64,000 nucleotides of DNA from Rebecca billardiae RCC1528 (lineage: Eukaryota; Protista; Haptophyta), in NCBI GenBank assembly GCA_965240325.2, contig OZ251227.1, positions 372,001-436,000 of the forward strand, given 5' to 3'. The translations under genes and the position numbers were made by a program. Numbering within the stretch: position 1 is the stretch's first letter; each line of letters opens with the position of its first letter. Under the pieces are notes generated by a model. The model saw only the letters and a program-made list of their open reading frames with translations. It did not search any database and was not told where the DNA came from. Of the stretch, positions 37,362 through 47,799 are shown one piece after another.

Positions 37362-37901
37362 ATGACGATTGCGACAATGGCCGCCGGGAAGCGACGGCTG
37401 GCCGCATTGGTGCTGCTCTTCTGGCGTGTGAAGGCAGCCGCGTCGTTCGCTCCCTGGGCGGCTGGCCGTACCATCGTGCTCAGCCGGAGTCTTCCGACGT
37501 CCGCGCATGTCATCCTGCGCGAGCTCAGCGACGAAGACATCGCGACACTGCGGCGTGAGTATGACGGCTGGATATCGCGTGATCCAAAAGTCAGAGAGCC
37601 GCAGTTCTGGGCGCTGGTCAAGAGGGCCAAGGAGAGACGGGACCGACTGGAGATGAGGAAGCGTGCACTCGCCGAGCAGCTCACTCCGCTTCGCGATGTG
37701 CTGACCGTTTGGCAAGCCCTCACAGGTCTTCCACTGCTGGACTCTGAGAACCAAATTACACCGGCAGGATGGACGCTGACGGTGCTTGCAGCCGCTGCAC
37801 CGATCGCCGCCCTGGAGCTGCTCGGCCTCACAGGTCGAGTATGGATCACGCAGGTGGCAGGTGTACAGAGCACAGCGGTCTCTTCTTTTCCGGCTGACTG
37901 A
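37362..37901 (+). CDS. Hypothetical plastid-targeted membrane protein
   Basis: Hydrophobic signal followed by AAASFAP (ASAFAP-like cleavage motif) and a C-terminal hydrophobic helix. The 3' end is uncertain (possible intron). Confidence 0.55.
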   Translation: MTIATMAAGKRRLAALVLLFWRVKAAASFAPWAAGRTIVLSRSLPTSAHVILRELSDEDIATLRREYDGWISRDPKVREPQFWALVKRAKERRDRLEMRKRALAEQLTPLRDVLTVWQALTGLPLLDSENQITPAGWTLTVLAAAAPIAALELLGLTGRVWITQVAGVQSTAVSSFPAD

Positions 37902-38612
37902 GCCTTTGTGCGCCGCTGATGGTGGAATCAGGGCTTTCATCCAGGAATTGTGTGGATGGCACGGCGCCAGCGTGGCACGATGCTACGCGGTCGATTTTCC
38001 CGTGGGCCGCGCATTCGCAGCGCCATGGCGGAAGATGCGCGAGCGCCCATCACAGCACTGTCCCCTACTCATGGATATTGGTGGCCCCTGCGTTGGCGCA
38101 CATCCACCGTCATCGGTCAATTCGGTCATGTCGTCATCCCACTTGGCCAGGGCCGCACCGCAGGTTACCTCATGATACCTGGATCCTTCAATCTTCACCC
38201 CAGTGAGAAATTGTCATGTGTGTATATATATATATATATGTACGTATATATATATCATCAGTTATTACTATTCAGGCGATCATCAGCCACCGCGCCGGGG
38301 CAATATGGCCAAGCAATGTTGTCACGATATCCGAGCACGGACCGACCGAGAGTACGCACTACGTTAACTACGGGAACGGGGGCTCATCTTAATATCTATT
38401 CGTATTAATCTAAAACTAATAGTTTAATTACTACTCCGAATAAGCTACGGCTCAAGGACAAGGGCCCGGAGCGCCGGAGCGGCACGTGGAGTGACCAGCG
38501 TAATAAGTGCTCCCGGCTACTCTGTCAAGTAACGGTAACTGCCTGCTCATCGGCTCGTCGGTGTTATTACCGTAGTCGTTATATATTTCTTAAATTCAGA
38601 ATACTTACTGGC

Positions 38613-39539
38613 TCACGCTGCCGCGAAGGACGTGGCTGCCGCGTCTGAGAGCTGCTTACAAAAGTAGCGCGTGTCGGGCGCGCCGAGCCAGCGCACCTGC
38701 CACTGCTTCGGGTCGTACTCAGGAAGCACACTGAAGCCAAGCGACTCGTACAGCCGAGTGGTCGCGTCGTCTGTGCGCCGAACGTGCAGGTACAGCTCGG
38801 AAAATCCCCAGTGCTCGAGCGCGACGCGCTCACACACGTGCACGAGGGTGCTGCCGATGCCTCGTCGACGCGCACGCGGCGAGACGCAGAGATTACATAG
38901 ATATGCGCACGGCGGGTGTTTGGGCTGGGCGACCGTGCGCATCGCGTCCTCCATGCCATCGAGCGCGTCCGAGGGCACCTGCCCATCCCGCGGGCGGACC
39001 GTGAGCTCGACAAAGCCAAGCAGCTCCCCAGTTGAGGCGTCAGCGGCGCCGAGGGCGATCGAGCGGCTACCGACTGGTGCTGTGACGAGCGGTGGGTCGA
39101 TAAATACGTCGGGCGTGGCGGCAAGCAGCGTGCGCTCGCCTAGGCGCGCAGCGAGCGCGTTCACGATGGAGCCATGCAGATAGGCCGCAATCGATGAGTT
39201 GATCCACGCCACGGCCGGATCGAGCAGCCGACGCTCTCGAGGAGAGAAGGTATCATCCAGCGCGATGATCTCAGGGTAGAAGCTCTCAACGAGAAGTGTG
39301 CCCGCAGCAAACACGTCACCGCGCACCACGCCACCGAACGTGAGCCCCTTCTCTGGCTCGAAGAGCTTGCTGTCCACATCACCGAGGGGCATCAGCGCGC
39401 GCGCGCTGCTGCGGCGGCCAAGGGCACTCCGCCGGATCCCCGAGGTCGTCAGACCGCGCGGCGCTGAAAGCGCCACTCCATGGGCCACCACGAGGAGGAG
39501 GAGCCACAGAGGACTGCGGCACGTCACGCCCATGTTCAT
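38613..39539 (-). CDS. GNAT-family N-acetyltransferase, probably plastid-targeted
   Basis: AYLCNLCVSPRARRRGIGSTL (motif A) and LYLHV...TRLYESLGF (motif B). Signal peptide plus Arg/Ser-rich transit-like segment. Confidence 0.88.
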   Translation of the reverse strand: MNMGVTCRSPLWLLLLVVAHGVALSAPRGLTTSGIRRSALGRRSSARALMPLGDVDSKLFEPEKGLTFGGVVRGDVFAAGTLLVESFYPEIIALDDTFSPRERRLLDPAVAWINSSIAAYLHGSIVNALAARLGERTLLAATPDVFIDPPLVTAPVGSRSIALGAADASTGELLGFVELTVRPRDGQVPSDALDGMEDAMRTVAQPKHPPCAYLCNLCVSPRARRRGIGSTLVHVCERVALEHWGFSELYLHVRRTDDATTRLYESLGFSVLPEYDPKQWQVRWLGAPDTRYFCKQLSDAAATSFAAA

Positions 39540-39748
39540 GAGGAGTCGGCGACCCCACGACACCGTAACCTCGCGCTGGCGCTGCTGGTGTGTCAGCACC
39601 TCGACCCGGCGGCGCTCCGGACTCCCGGACCCTTCGCCGCGGCGGCGGCAGCCTCGGCGCGCGCTCCAAAACGGCTTGCGACCGGCTGAAAGGCTGCGCT
39701 TGCTCCGGCGGCAGCCAGTTCTTGACGAGCCGTCGTCGTCATCACGCC

Positions 39749-41248
39749 ATGTCACGCATGGCGAAGCAGGAGCAGAGCCCGACCAGTCGACGGTCGGCCA
39801 TCGCCGAGGTGCGCCGTGAGCACGCGGAGGATGTGCGCCGACTGCGCGCGGCGCATGCGCAGCAAGAAGCGGAGCTCAAGCTGCGCGTGGAGGGGGCCGC
39901 GCGCGAGCTATTTAGCGCCCGCGAGGCGCACGAGGCGACAACGCGCGAGCGCGACAAGGCGGTGCGCGAGCGTGCCCGCCTCGCCAGCGAGATCGACGCG
40001 ACCAAAACGCGGGCGGAAGCGGCCGAGCAGCGCGTGCGCACGCTTGCAGAGGAGCACCGCACCTCTGAGGCCGCGCTCGCGCGCGCGCGGGAGCAGCTTC
40101 AGCACGAGGCCGAGAAGGGTGAGCGCCTATCCAGCCTGCTGGCCGCAATGCGGCGCGAGCGGCACGAAGCCGGAGCGGTACCGGCACGGCCTTCATCAGC
40201 GAATGCGCGAGCTGAGGGCAACGCTCGGCAGATTGCGGACCTGCAAGAACAGCTCCGCCGCGCGGAGGCGCGCGTCCGCGCCGAGACCGCCAAGCGCGAG
40301 CGGCTGCTCGCTGGCGGGCCGCAGAATGCGCACTCGGCCGATGGAGCTGCGGCACGAGCCGAGGATGAGGGCGAGGGCTGGACACCAGCGTCGCCGCAGC
40401 CGGCGCAGGGCGCAGGGGCGGGTGCGTCTCTCGTCACGCAACGCCTTCGCGACAAGCTCGAGGCCACGAGCGCTGAGGTGACCGTCCTCCGCCGGCGGCT
40501 GACCGAGGCGCGCGCGCACTCTGAAGCTGAGCTTGCACAGGCACGAGTCCTCGCAGACGAGCGCGAGCTCAAGCTGCGGCGTGAGGTGCAGGAGCTGCGA
40601 GCAGCCCGCGAGGCCGGGGCCAGGTCAGCCGAGGCCGAGGCCCGCAGCACGATCGCTGCCCTGCGCCGCGAGAAGCTCGAGGTCGAGGCGGAGCGCGACG
40701 AGGCGCGCCGCATGCTCGAGCGCGCGCTCAGCCAGCGCACGGGCGGCCTGGCGCTGGAGGCGGCGGCGCAGCTCTTCTCTGTGGGCACGGACGGTGCGGA
40801 GAGGCCGGAGACACCGGGGCGGCCCGCTTCGTCGCCGGTGACACCTCGGAGCCGAGCCGCCCGCGCGCCCCGCTCGCCCTCACCCAGAGCACGCGCAGCG
40901 GAAGCCCGGCGCGAGGCGGAGCACCTGCACACCCTCGGCTCACTCAAGGCGGAGTCTGCCAAGGAGCTGCGCGCGCGAGAGCTGATGATCGGCAAGCTGG
41001 AGCAGGAGCTGGCCGTGTCCACGCGGAAGCACGCGCGGCAGCTCTCGGCCACGGGCGAGCGCCTCACCTCAGAGCTCGACGGCGAGCGGCGGCGTGCTGA
41101 TGCAGCCGAGCAGCGGCTGCTGTCGAATGCTGCCGATCTCCAGCGCGCGAGGGAGCGCGCGGCTGCCGAGCGCATCGAGGCGCAGAGGCTGCACGAGCAG
41201 CTCATGCTGGAGCGGGTGGCGCAGATGCGTGGCCCAACGCCGGTGTGA
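39749..41248 (+). CDS. Long coiled-coil protein of unknown function
   Basis: E/R/A/L-rich heptad sequence with typical coding bias. Start codon uncertain. Confidence 0.7.
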   Translation: MSRMAKQEQSPTSRRSAIAEVRREHAEDVRRLRAAHAQQEAELKLRVEGAARELFSAREAHEATTRERDKAVRERARLASEIDATKTRAEAAEQRVRTLAEEHRTSEAALARAREQLQHEAEKGERLSSLLAAMRRERHEAGAVPARPSSANARAEGNARQIADLQEQLRRAEARVRAETAKRERLLAGGPQNAHSADGAAARAEDEGEGWTPASPQPAQGAGAGASLVTQRLRDKLEATSAEVTVLRRRLTEARAHSEAELAQARVLADERELKLRREVQELRAAREAGARSAEAEARSTIAALRREKLEVEAERDEARRMLERALSQRTGGLALEAAAQLFSVGTDGAERPETPGRPASSPVTPRSRAARAPRSPSPRARAAEARREAEHLHTLGSLKAESAKELRARELMIGKLEQELAVSTRKHARQLSATGERLTSELDGERRRADAAEQRLLSNAADLQRARERAAAERIEAQRLHEQLMLERVAQMRGPTPV

Positions 41249-41527
41249 CATTCATTCAGCGCACACACAGACTACAGAGCGTGCTGTCAGACGCGCTGCA
41301 TACGAATTACGATTACGTGAAGCAGCAAGTTTCGTCATGATCATCATGATGATGGCCATCGGGCCACTCCCATGATTCCCACTCACTAGACCTATTCACT
41401 ACTCACCCACCGTCGGCGGGCGGCGGCCCAGGCCCAGCCCTGAGCTGAGTGAGCAGCCTGGCAGCAGGCCCTGCAGCCGGCCGCGGCATGAGATTGAGGC
41501 AATCTATATGTACATGCATATAGCAGC

Positions 41528-41548
41528 GAGAGAGAGAGAGAGTCTATA

Positions 41549-41604
<56 letters not shown>
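41528..41604. repeat. (GA)n and (TA)n microsatellites in a convergent spacer
   Basis: Read directly. Confidence 0.95.
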
Positions 41605-41608
<4 letters not shown>

Positions 41609-42148
41609 TAGAACCTATTGCCTAGGTTGGAGGTTCGGCTACTTCGGCTGTTAGTGTTGAATTTGATCCATCTACTGAGTACTGGCCGTCATATCGTCAT
41701 CGACAAGGGACCGCCTGGTCCACGGGCGTTTGATGTAGCTAGTGAATCATATTCATCAGAGGCGGCGAGCCGCCGCCTGCGCCGATATCCAATAATATAT
41801 CTGTGTCAATTAAGATGAGTCGGCGGTCGTCATATAATGATGACGACATAATCATCATCATCATCATCAGTCTCAGCAGTTGAAAGATGCCGCCCGGTAT
41901 AACTATTAACTACGTCGTATCGCTCCAGAGGGCCACTGGTGTCAGTGACCGGACTGTAGGGGGGTCAACCGAAGCCGGAGCCCAGCATCTTCCGATTCTT
42001 AGACTTAGAACTGCGCTGGTCCGCTAGATCTGCGTAGTTGAGGCTCTGAGTGAGGCGCGTGCTGTTTGCGGCCGTTCGCTCTGACGACATTGTCATCGTC
42101 GACATCGGCGCACTCCGCCGACGCGTTGGCACCGTTGGTGCCCTGCAG

Positions 42149-43375
42149 CTAGCATCGAGCGAACAGCCAGCTGAAGAGCAGCTCGTAGACGCGGGCCATT
42201 GTCTCGGGCTTCTCGCCGTAGTGCAACCCGTGCATCCCGCCGAGGATCAGCTCAAGCTGCTTGTCCGTCGCGGCTGCGCGCCGCACGAGCTCTTCTGATT
42301 GGCTGCTCGCGGTCGTCTTGTCGGCAGTTCCGTGCAGGACCAGGAATGGGGTGGTGAGTGTCTCCATCCGCGCTGCGATCGCGTCCGTCGCGCCGATAAG
42401 GGCACGGCCGGTGCGTAGGCGTGTGCGCCCCGAGTAGCTCAGCCCGTTGCGCGTGCGGTGCTCGTGCAGCCGCCACAGCGCTTCTGAGGCGTAGTTGGCC
42501 TCGGTGCGGTCGTTGCGCGGTACGAGCGCGAGGTCCTGTAGGACGGGCACGCGGCTGAACACCTGCAGCGCGGCCTCGACGGCCGGCTTGGGCCGCGCAT
42601 GCGCCGCGATACGCACCATCGGCGCGACGAGCAGCAGCCCCTTGAAGAGCGCAGGCCGGCGCATCGCGAGAGAGAGCGCACACGCGCCGCCCATCGACGA
42701 GCCGAACGCAAACAGCGGCAGCTGCGCGGCGGCCGCGACGCCCTCGCCCCCGACGCCGTCAGCGGGCATGCCGCGGCGCTCGCGTGGGCAGACGCGGTCG
42801 ATCCACTCCTCGATCGCCGCGAGGTGCGCGCCCCAGTCCCGGATGAGTGCGTGGAGGCCGTCTGAGCGGCCGTGGCCCGGCTGGTCGACGAGCAGGCAGG
42901 TGACGTGTGCGTGCTCGGCGAAAAGGCGCGCGGCGTTGAGGAGCGAAAAGTCCGAGTGGTCCTCGAAGCCATGCAAAAATACGACAATCGCCCGCGGCGG
43001 CCCGGCTGCAGGCGCGATCCGCTGCCACCACAGGAGATCCCCTGAGCGCAGCCGCATGAACTGTGAGCTCGTGCTCAGCTTGGGCGCGCCCACCGGGGGG
43101 TCGATGGGCCTCGTCGGATGCGGGTGCGTACCAGGCGGGAAGCGCGCCCGGCGCGCACGCGCGCTGGAATGGGGCTCAACGAGCCACGCCACGAGGGTCT
43201 CGGAGAAAGCGGCGAGCGCCATGCACGCGCCGACCACAGATGCAAAAGATGAGCCCGAGCGCGTGCCTGCGAGCATGAGGAGCGCAGCGGCCGCGGAGAG
43301 CACGCGCGGCCACGTGTCGCCAAAGTAAGCAAACAGCCCAACAAGCCCGATGGTGATCCACGCGAGCACCGCCAT
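42149..43375 (-). CDS. Alpha/beta hydrolase, acylglycerol lipase / lysophospholipase family, with N-terminal TM helices
   Basis: FLHGF, DQPGHGRSDG, GSSMGG nucleophile elbow, LHGTAD acid and GGMHGL histidine. Confidence 0.9.
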   Translation of the reverse strand: MAVLAWITIGLVGLFAYFGDTWPRVLSAAAALLMLAGTRSGSSFASVVGACMALAAFSETLVAWLVEPHSSARARRARFPPGTHPHPTRPIDPPVGAPKLSTSSQFMRLRSGDLLWWQRIAPAAGPPRAIVVFLHGFEDHSDFSLLNAARLFAEHAHVTCLLVDQPGHGRSDGLHALIRDWGAHLAAIEEWIDRVCPRERRGMPADGVGGEGVAAAAQLPLFAFGSSMGGACALSLAMRRPALFKGLLLVAPMVRIAAHARPKPAVEAALQVFSRVPVLQDLALVPRNDRTEANYASEALWRLHEHRTRNGLSYSGRTRLRTGRALIGATDAIAARMETLTTPFLVLHGTADKTTASSQSEELVRRAAATDKQLELILGGMHGLHYGEKPETMARVYELLFSWLFARC

Positions 43376-43490
43376 GTCGCGAGGCGGAGACGCGCGAGAG
43401 CTTCGATGTCTTCCCTCGTTCGCCGTCGTCGCACGGACACCACGGTCGCCGCCAGCGGCCGTGAACTCGTCGCCCAGCCCAACGAGCACG

Positions 43491-45023
43491 ATGGCGACCC
43501 CTAGCGATGACGATCCCGTTCCCCCGTGCTTCGACCACCTGCCGACGGAGGTGCTCGTAAACGTGCTCGCGTGCTTATCCGACGTCCGTGACGTGCTTGC
43601 CGTCCGCAACACCTGCCGCGGGCTGCGACACAGCGTTCTGCCAGGAGGAGCAGACGTTGCCGAACAAGCGCTGCGCTTGCGAGCCTTGCGCGAGCGACGG
43701 TGGATTCCGCCTGTGCTTCCGTCGTGGGCAACTTCGTGGATCGACTGGTTTCTCTTTGATGCGACGCGCGCGCACCACCGTCGCGCCCTCGGAACCAAGC
43801 CCATCGCGGCCGGCACACGTCACTCACTCGTGGTCATGGACTGGCACGTCGCCTCGTGCGGCGTCGCAATGTCCAACTGCCTCGGTCACGGAGACGAGCG
43901 CGACTGCTGGACGCCGCGGATAATCGACGCGCTCAGTGGCGTTCGCATCGCCTCCGTTGCTGCTGGTGGGCTCCACTCCCTGTTCCTCGCTGAGGGCGGG
44001 CGTGCCGTATACTCGTGCGGTGAAGGGACGTACGGTCGACTCGGTCATGGCGACCGTTGGGAGCGCGCTGTGCCCGCACGTATCCGCGCGCTCGACGGTC
44101 TCGTCGTCATCGATATTGCTGCGGGCCACGAGCACTCGCTGGTCGTATGCGACGATGGTGCCGTGCTCTCGTTCGGTCACGGGGCCTACGGCAGGCTCGG
44201 GCACGGCGATCGGCGCCATTGTGTGCTACCGACGCGCGTCCGGGCGCTCGACGGGAAGCCTGCGTGCGCGGTGTCCGCTGGGCACGCACACTCGCTCGTG
44301 CTCGGCCTCAACGGCTCGGCGCATGCCTTTGGCTGCGGCGAGTTCGGCGCTCTGGGCCTTGGCGATCTGCACAACCAGCTTACGCCCTCACCAGTGCTGT
44401 CTCTCGCGCATGAGCGCCTCGTCGCCGTGGCGGCCGGCGCGTGCCACTCCCTTTTCTTGGGCCTGAGCGGCAAGCTTTTCACGAGCGGGCACCACAGCTC
44501 AGCCGAGCACATGGAGGGCGTGTCCACGCCGCAGCCGTTGCTCGAGCTCGAACATGTGGCAGTCCGCAGCGTCGCCGCCGGCGGGCGCCATGCGCTGGCA
44601 GTCGCAGCAGATGGAAGGGCGTGGAGCTCGGGGGATCAGGCCTTCTACGGGCAGCTCGGTCGGGGCCGGGCGAGCATGGGGGTGGGTGCGGTCGATTTGC
44701 GCGGTGGAAGAGCGTTGCAAGTGGCGGCGGGTGCCGAGCACTCGTTGATCCTTGTTGCCATTGGCGGCGACACGGCGAAACGAGCACGAGCAGAAGGTGA
44801 CTACCCCGGCGAGTGTGCCGATGGCTGTGGCGAAAACGCGCCTCTGAAGCCAGCGAGTTGCGATGCTGGCCCTTGCTGCGGCAGCGTTGCAGCCAGCACA
44901 GGCGCATTCGCCACGGTGCTTGGCTGCGGCTGTGGGCTTCGCGGCCAGATCGGTGACGGCAGCGGCGTGGACAGGCACACGCCAGTGCGCATGAGTCTGC
45001 CATATATCGTCAATGATCAGTGA
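43491..45023 (+). CDS. F-box + RCC1-repeat (UVR8-like propeller) protein
   Basis: FDHLPTEVLVNVLACLSDVRDVLAVRNTCR F-box and seven repeats of the type VAAGxxHSL...SxG.G.YGRLGHG. Confidence 0.9.
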   Translation: MATPSDDDPVPPCFDHLPTEVLVNVLACLSDVRDVLAVRNTCRGLRHSVLPGGADVAEQALRLRALRERRWIPPVLPSWATSWIDWFLFDATRAHHRRALGTKPIAAGTRHSLVVMDWHVASCGVAMSNCLGHGDERDCWTPRIIDALSGVRIASVAAGGLHSLFLAEGGRAVYSCGEGTYGRLGHGDRWERAVPARIRALDGLVVIDIAAGHEHSLVVCDDGAVLSFGHGAYGRLGHGDRRHCVLPTRVRALDGKPACAVSAGHAHSLVLGLNGSAHAFGCGEFGALGLGDLHNQLTPSPVLSLAHERLVAVAAGACHSLFLGLSGKLFTSGHHSSAEHMEGVSTPQPLLELEHVAVRSVAAGGRHALAVAADGRAWSSGDQAFYGQLGRGRASMGVGAVDLRGGRALQVAAGAEHSLILVAIGGDTAKRARAEGDYPGECADGCGENAPLKPASCDAGPCCGSVAASTGAFATVLGCGCGLRGQIGDGSGVDRHTPVRMSLPYIVNDQ

Positions 45024-46137
45024 CTTGATTGAGTAGCACAGTATTAGCTGCTAGCTTAGTACGACTCATAGTAGCAGCTATCAGACGAGGCCGCATCGAC
45101 GAGATCGCTCGGATCCTGCTGTGACTGCGGCTGACTAGAGTGACGACTGCTGTCTGTCACTGAGTGCTGGCTGACCAGCTGATGCGATGGGCGGACGATA
45201 CTCGACTACGACGATCGACTGCTACGTACGACGACTGATGTCGCTGATAGATGGACGAGGACGCTCGAATATGATCGACGCGCGTCGATTTTATTCGTCG
45301 ATTTATTGACGCGTCGATCTGATTATAATTGTACGTCGATATTTTTTGACGATGATGATCGATCATCATCGATCAGATCGATATGATCATGATGTAATTT
45401 AGCCGTAGATCTTATTCGTCGTCGTCGTTGCTGCCATCCGCCTGCCTGCTACTGATTCCCTGGCCGCGAATCATGCATGATGCAACTATGACGTATAGCT
45501 GCTAGTCCGGTCACAGAATTAATACGTACGTAGTACGTGACACGTAGTTAGTATGATACTACTATATATTTATTTCAGTAGCATCACTATATTATCAGTA
45601 TATATGTGTGGGGTTATTATTGGTACAATAACTGATTGTCAAAGAGGACGACAAGGACGCCGCGCGCCAGCGCTGCTCATCAGCTCCATCGCCTTCTACC
45701 GGACTATTACCTCAACGAGCTGCCGTGCCGGACAAACAGCCAGTCCGGGTTGTTCCGTCCCGGACAAGAAGATCTTCGTTTCGAGGCGGTGACGGCATCT
45801 CGGCTTGTTCCAGCCACAGCGCGAGCGAAGGCTCGATGGCCATCGACCACGCGCTCCCCGCGTCGCCGGCGGCTGCGGCTCGCACGCGGGTGGCGCCGTC
45901 GCGTGCACCGACCAACATCTTTCGAGTTTCGGCATCACGCACCGCGTCTCGTCGACGGCGAGTGGCATGCCCACCGCATCTGCTGCTGCTCGCCTTTGCA
46001 TGAGGACACGTAAATCCCACTGAGTAGGAACACACGCAGCCGCCTCGGCATCAACATGCCAGGCGTGCCCACCTTCTGCCGGCCAGCGTTTGGCGCCGGC
46101 CGTTCGTTACGAACGAGGACGGCTAGTCGGCAAGTCG

Positions 46138-46288
<151 letters not shown>

Positions 46289-46346
46289 ACCATCGTCATC
46301 GGCGTATCATCATGTAATAGCTGCTGTAGTAGGGCGCCCGCCGTCG

Positions 46347-47636
46347 TTATTCTGTGCACGTGCTGGCAGCCGCCCCCGCATCATCGGAGTCGTCGTCAGC
46401 AATCCCGTCGGCGTCAGCAACCTTCGGACGCTGGCAACGATCACCATCAGTGTCCGCCGCGCCCGCGTTGACGGTCATGCCGGCACCTTTCAACTTGCCA
46501 GACCATTTGGCCGTCTCATCGATGAAAAAGCGTGGGCCATGGGGCCTGTAGTCGAGCGAGCGCACACCCAGGTTTGACTCGTGAGGCACAGCAGGCTCAA
46601 TCTGCGTCCCCTCGCCCCACTCATTCCACGAGGTGATGCTCACGGCAGCCACCCCTGCGTCGAGGGCCGCCGCCCAGGCCCGCCTGTAGTAGCCACCCTG
46701 CTGCCGGTGCCGAGTCCATCTGCTGTTCCATGGGCGGATGCGGGTATCGTCATAGCCGGGGCCGACACTCGGCACAAAGACTTTGCCCATCGCGCGCGCG
46801 CGCCGGGCGTACTCTGCCCAGCGCCTCCAGTCCGAGCCGTCGGAGAATCCGCTCGCTGCAAAGTAGCTGTAGAGGCCGTCAAACCCGCCTCGCTGGAGGT
46901 GGGCAAAGCCCTGCTCCTGTCCGAGCATCAGGCCGACGAAGAAGCCGTCGTATGCGGACCCTCGCACGGTCTGCGCGCCATGAGGGGTGAGCAAGCTCGC
47001 CCAGCTGACGTCGTCGATGTGGTACGAGTCATAGACGAAGTACACGGGGCGTGGAGGGCGGCCAGCGCGCGCAACCGCGGCTGCATGCGGCGCTGCTGGC
47101 CCCGTGTACCGCTCGCGCATGTACCGCAGGTCGTCGCGTAGGGACTGCACGCTGCGGCCCTCATACGGCTCAAGATGAAAGGCGATGCGGATGCCGTGCG
47201 CCAAGGCTGCCTCCATGGCCGCCTCTACGTTTAGATCCGTCCGCACGCCCTGTGTGTCTGAAGTCGGCCCGCCATCGCGGCCGGTCCACGAGAGCACCGC
47301 CACGTCGATTCCGGCCGCGCGCATGTCGCGCATGTGCACGTGCAGCACCGCGCGGTCGGATGAGCTGTAGCACCCTAGCTCGGGGTAGAAGGGCGAGTGG
47401 ATAGTGTCCGGTGGCGTGTGAGCCTGACCGTGCGCAAACGACGCGCGCTGCTTTGAGTCCCAGTGAGGCAGGACTTGGTGGTCCCAATGTGCCCAGCCAC
47501 CATCGGACGCTGGCGTGCCGTACCACAGGTAGTAGAAAGCGAACACACCGCGTAGCTCATCGGCACGCTCCGATCCCGCGGCGTTTACTGCCAGCCACGA
47601 CGCGAGCAGGTTCATCGCACGACGATGCGACGCCAT
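46347..47636 (-). CDS. Glycoprotein endo-alpha-1,2-mannosidase (GH99, MANEA-like)
   Basis: [45 protein letters not shown] and catalytic [16 protein letters not shown]. Confidence 0.93.
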   Translation of the reverse strand: MASHRRAMNLLASWLAVNAAGSERADELRGVFAFYYLWYGTPASDGGWAHWDHQVLPHWDSKQRASFAHGQAHTPPDTIHSPFYPELGCYSSSDRAVLHVHMRDMRAAGIDVAVLSWTGRDGGPTSDTQGVRTDLNVEAAMEAALAHGIRIAFHLEPYEGRSVQSLRDDLRYMRERYTGPAAPHAAAVARAGRPPRPVYFVYDSYHIDDVSWASLLTPHGAQTVRGSAYDGFFVGLMLGQEQGFAHLQRGGFDGLYSYFAASGFSDGSDWRRWAEYARRARAMGKVFVPSVGPGYDDTRIRPWNSRWTRHRQQGGYYRRAWAAALDAGVAAVSITSWNEWGEGTQIEPAVPHESNLGVRSLDYRPHGPRFFIDETAKWSGKLKGAGMTVNAGAADTDGDRCQRPKVADADGIADDDSDDAGAAASTCTE

Positions 47637-47799
47637 TGCGATTGCGCCAACGAAGCCGCACGCACGCCGGTGCGCGCGCACCCGGTTCGATCCAGCAGAC
47701 AGATCGGGGATCGGCCGGGCGAGCAACGTCGAGGAACTTGCACCCTGCCCGAAAAACCCGGCTGCGTCCCCAGTCTGGTCCCAGCAACCTTTGACGACG

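Noticed and set aside
37950-38408. 152-aa ORF downstream of the plastid hypothetical gene
   Set aside because: Runs into (TA)n and has no motif. It could be a second exon but cannot be supported.
45553-46035. Small ORFs between the F-box gene and the (TA)71 tract
   Set aside because: No consistent frame, start or motif. Possibly a decayed fragment but unsupported.
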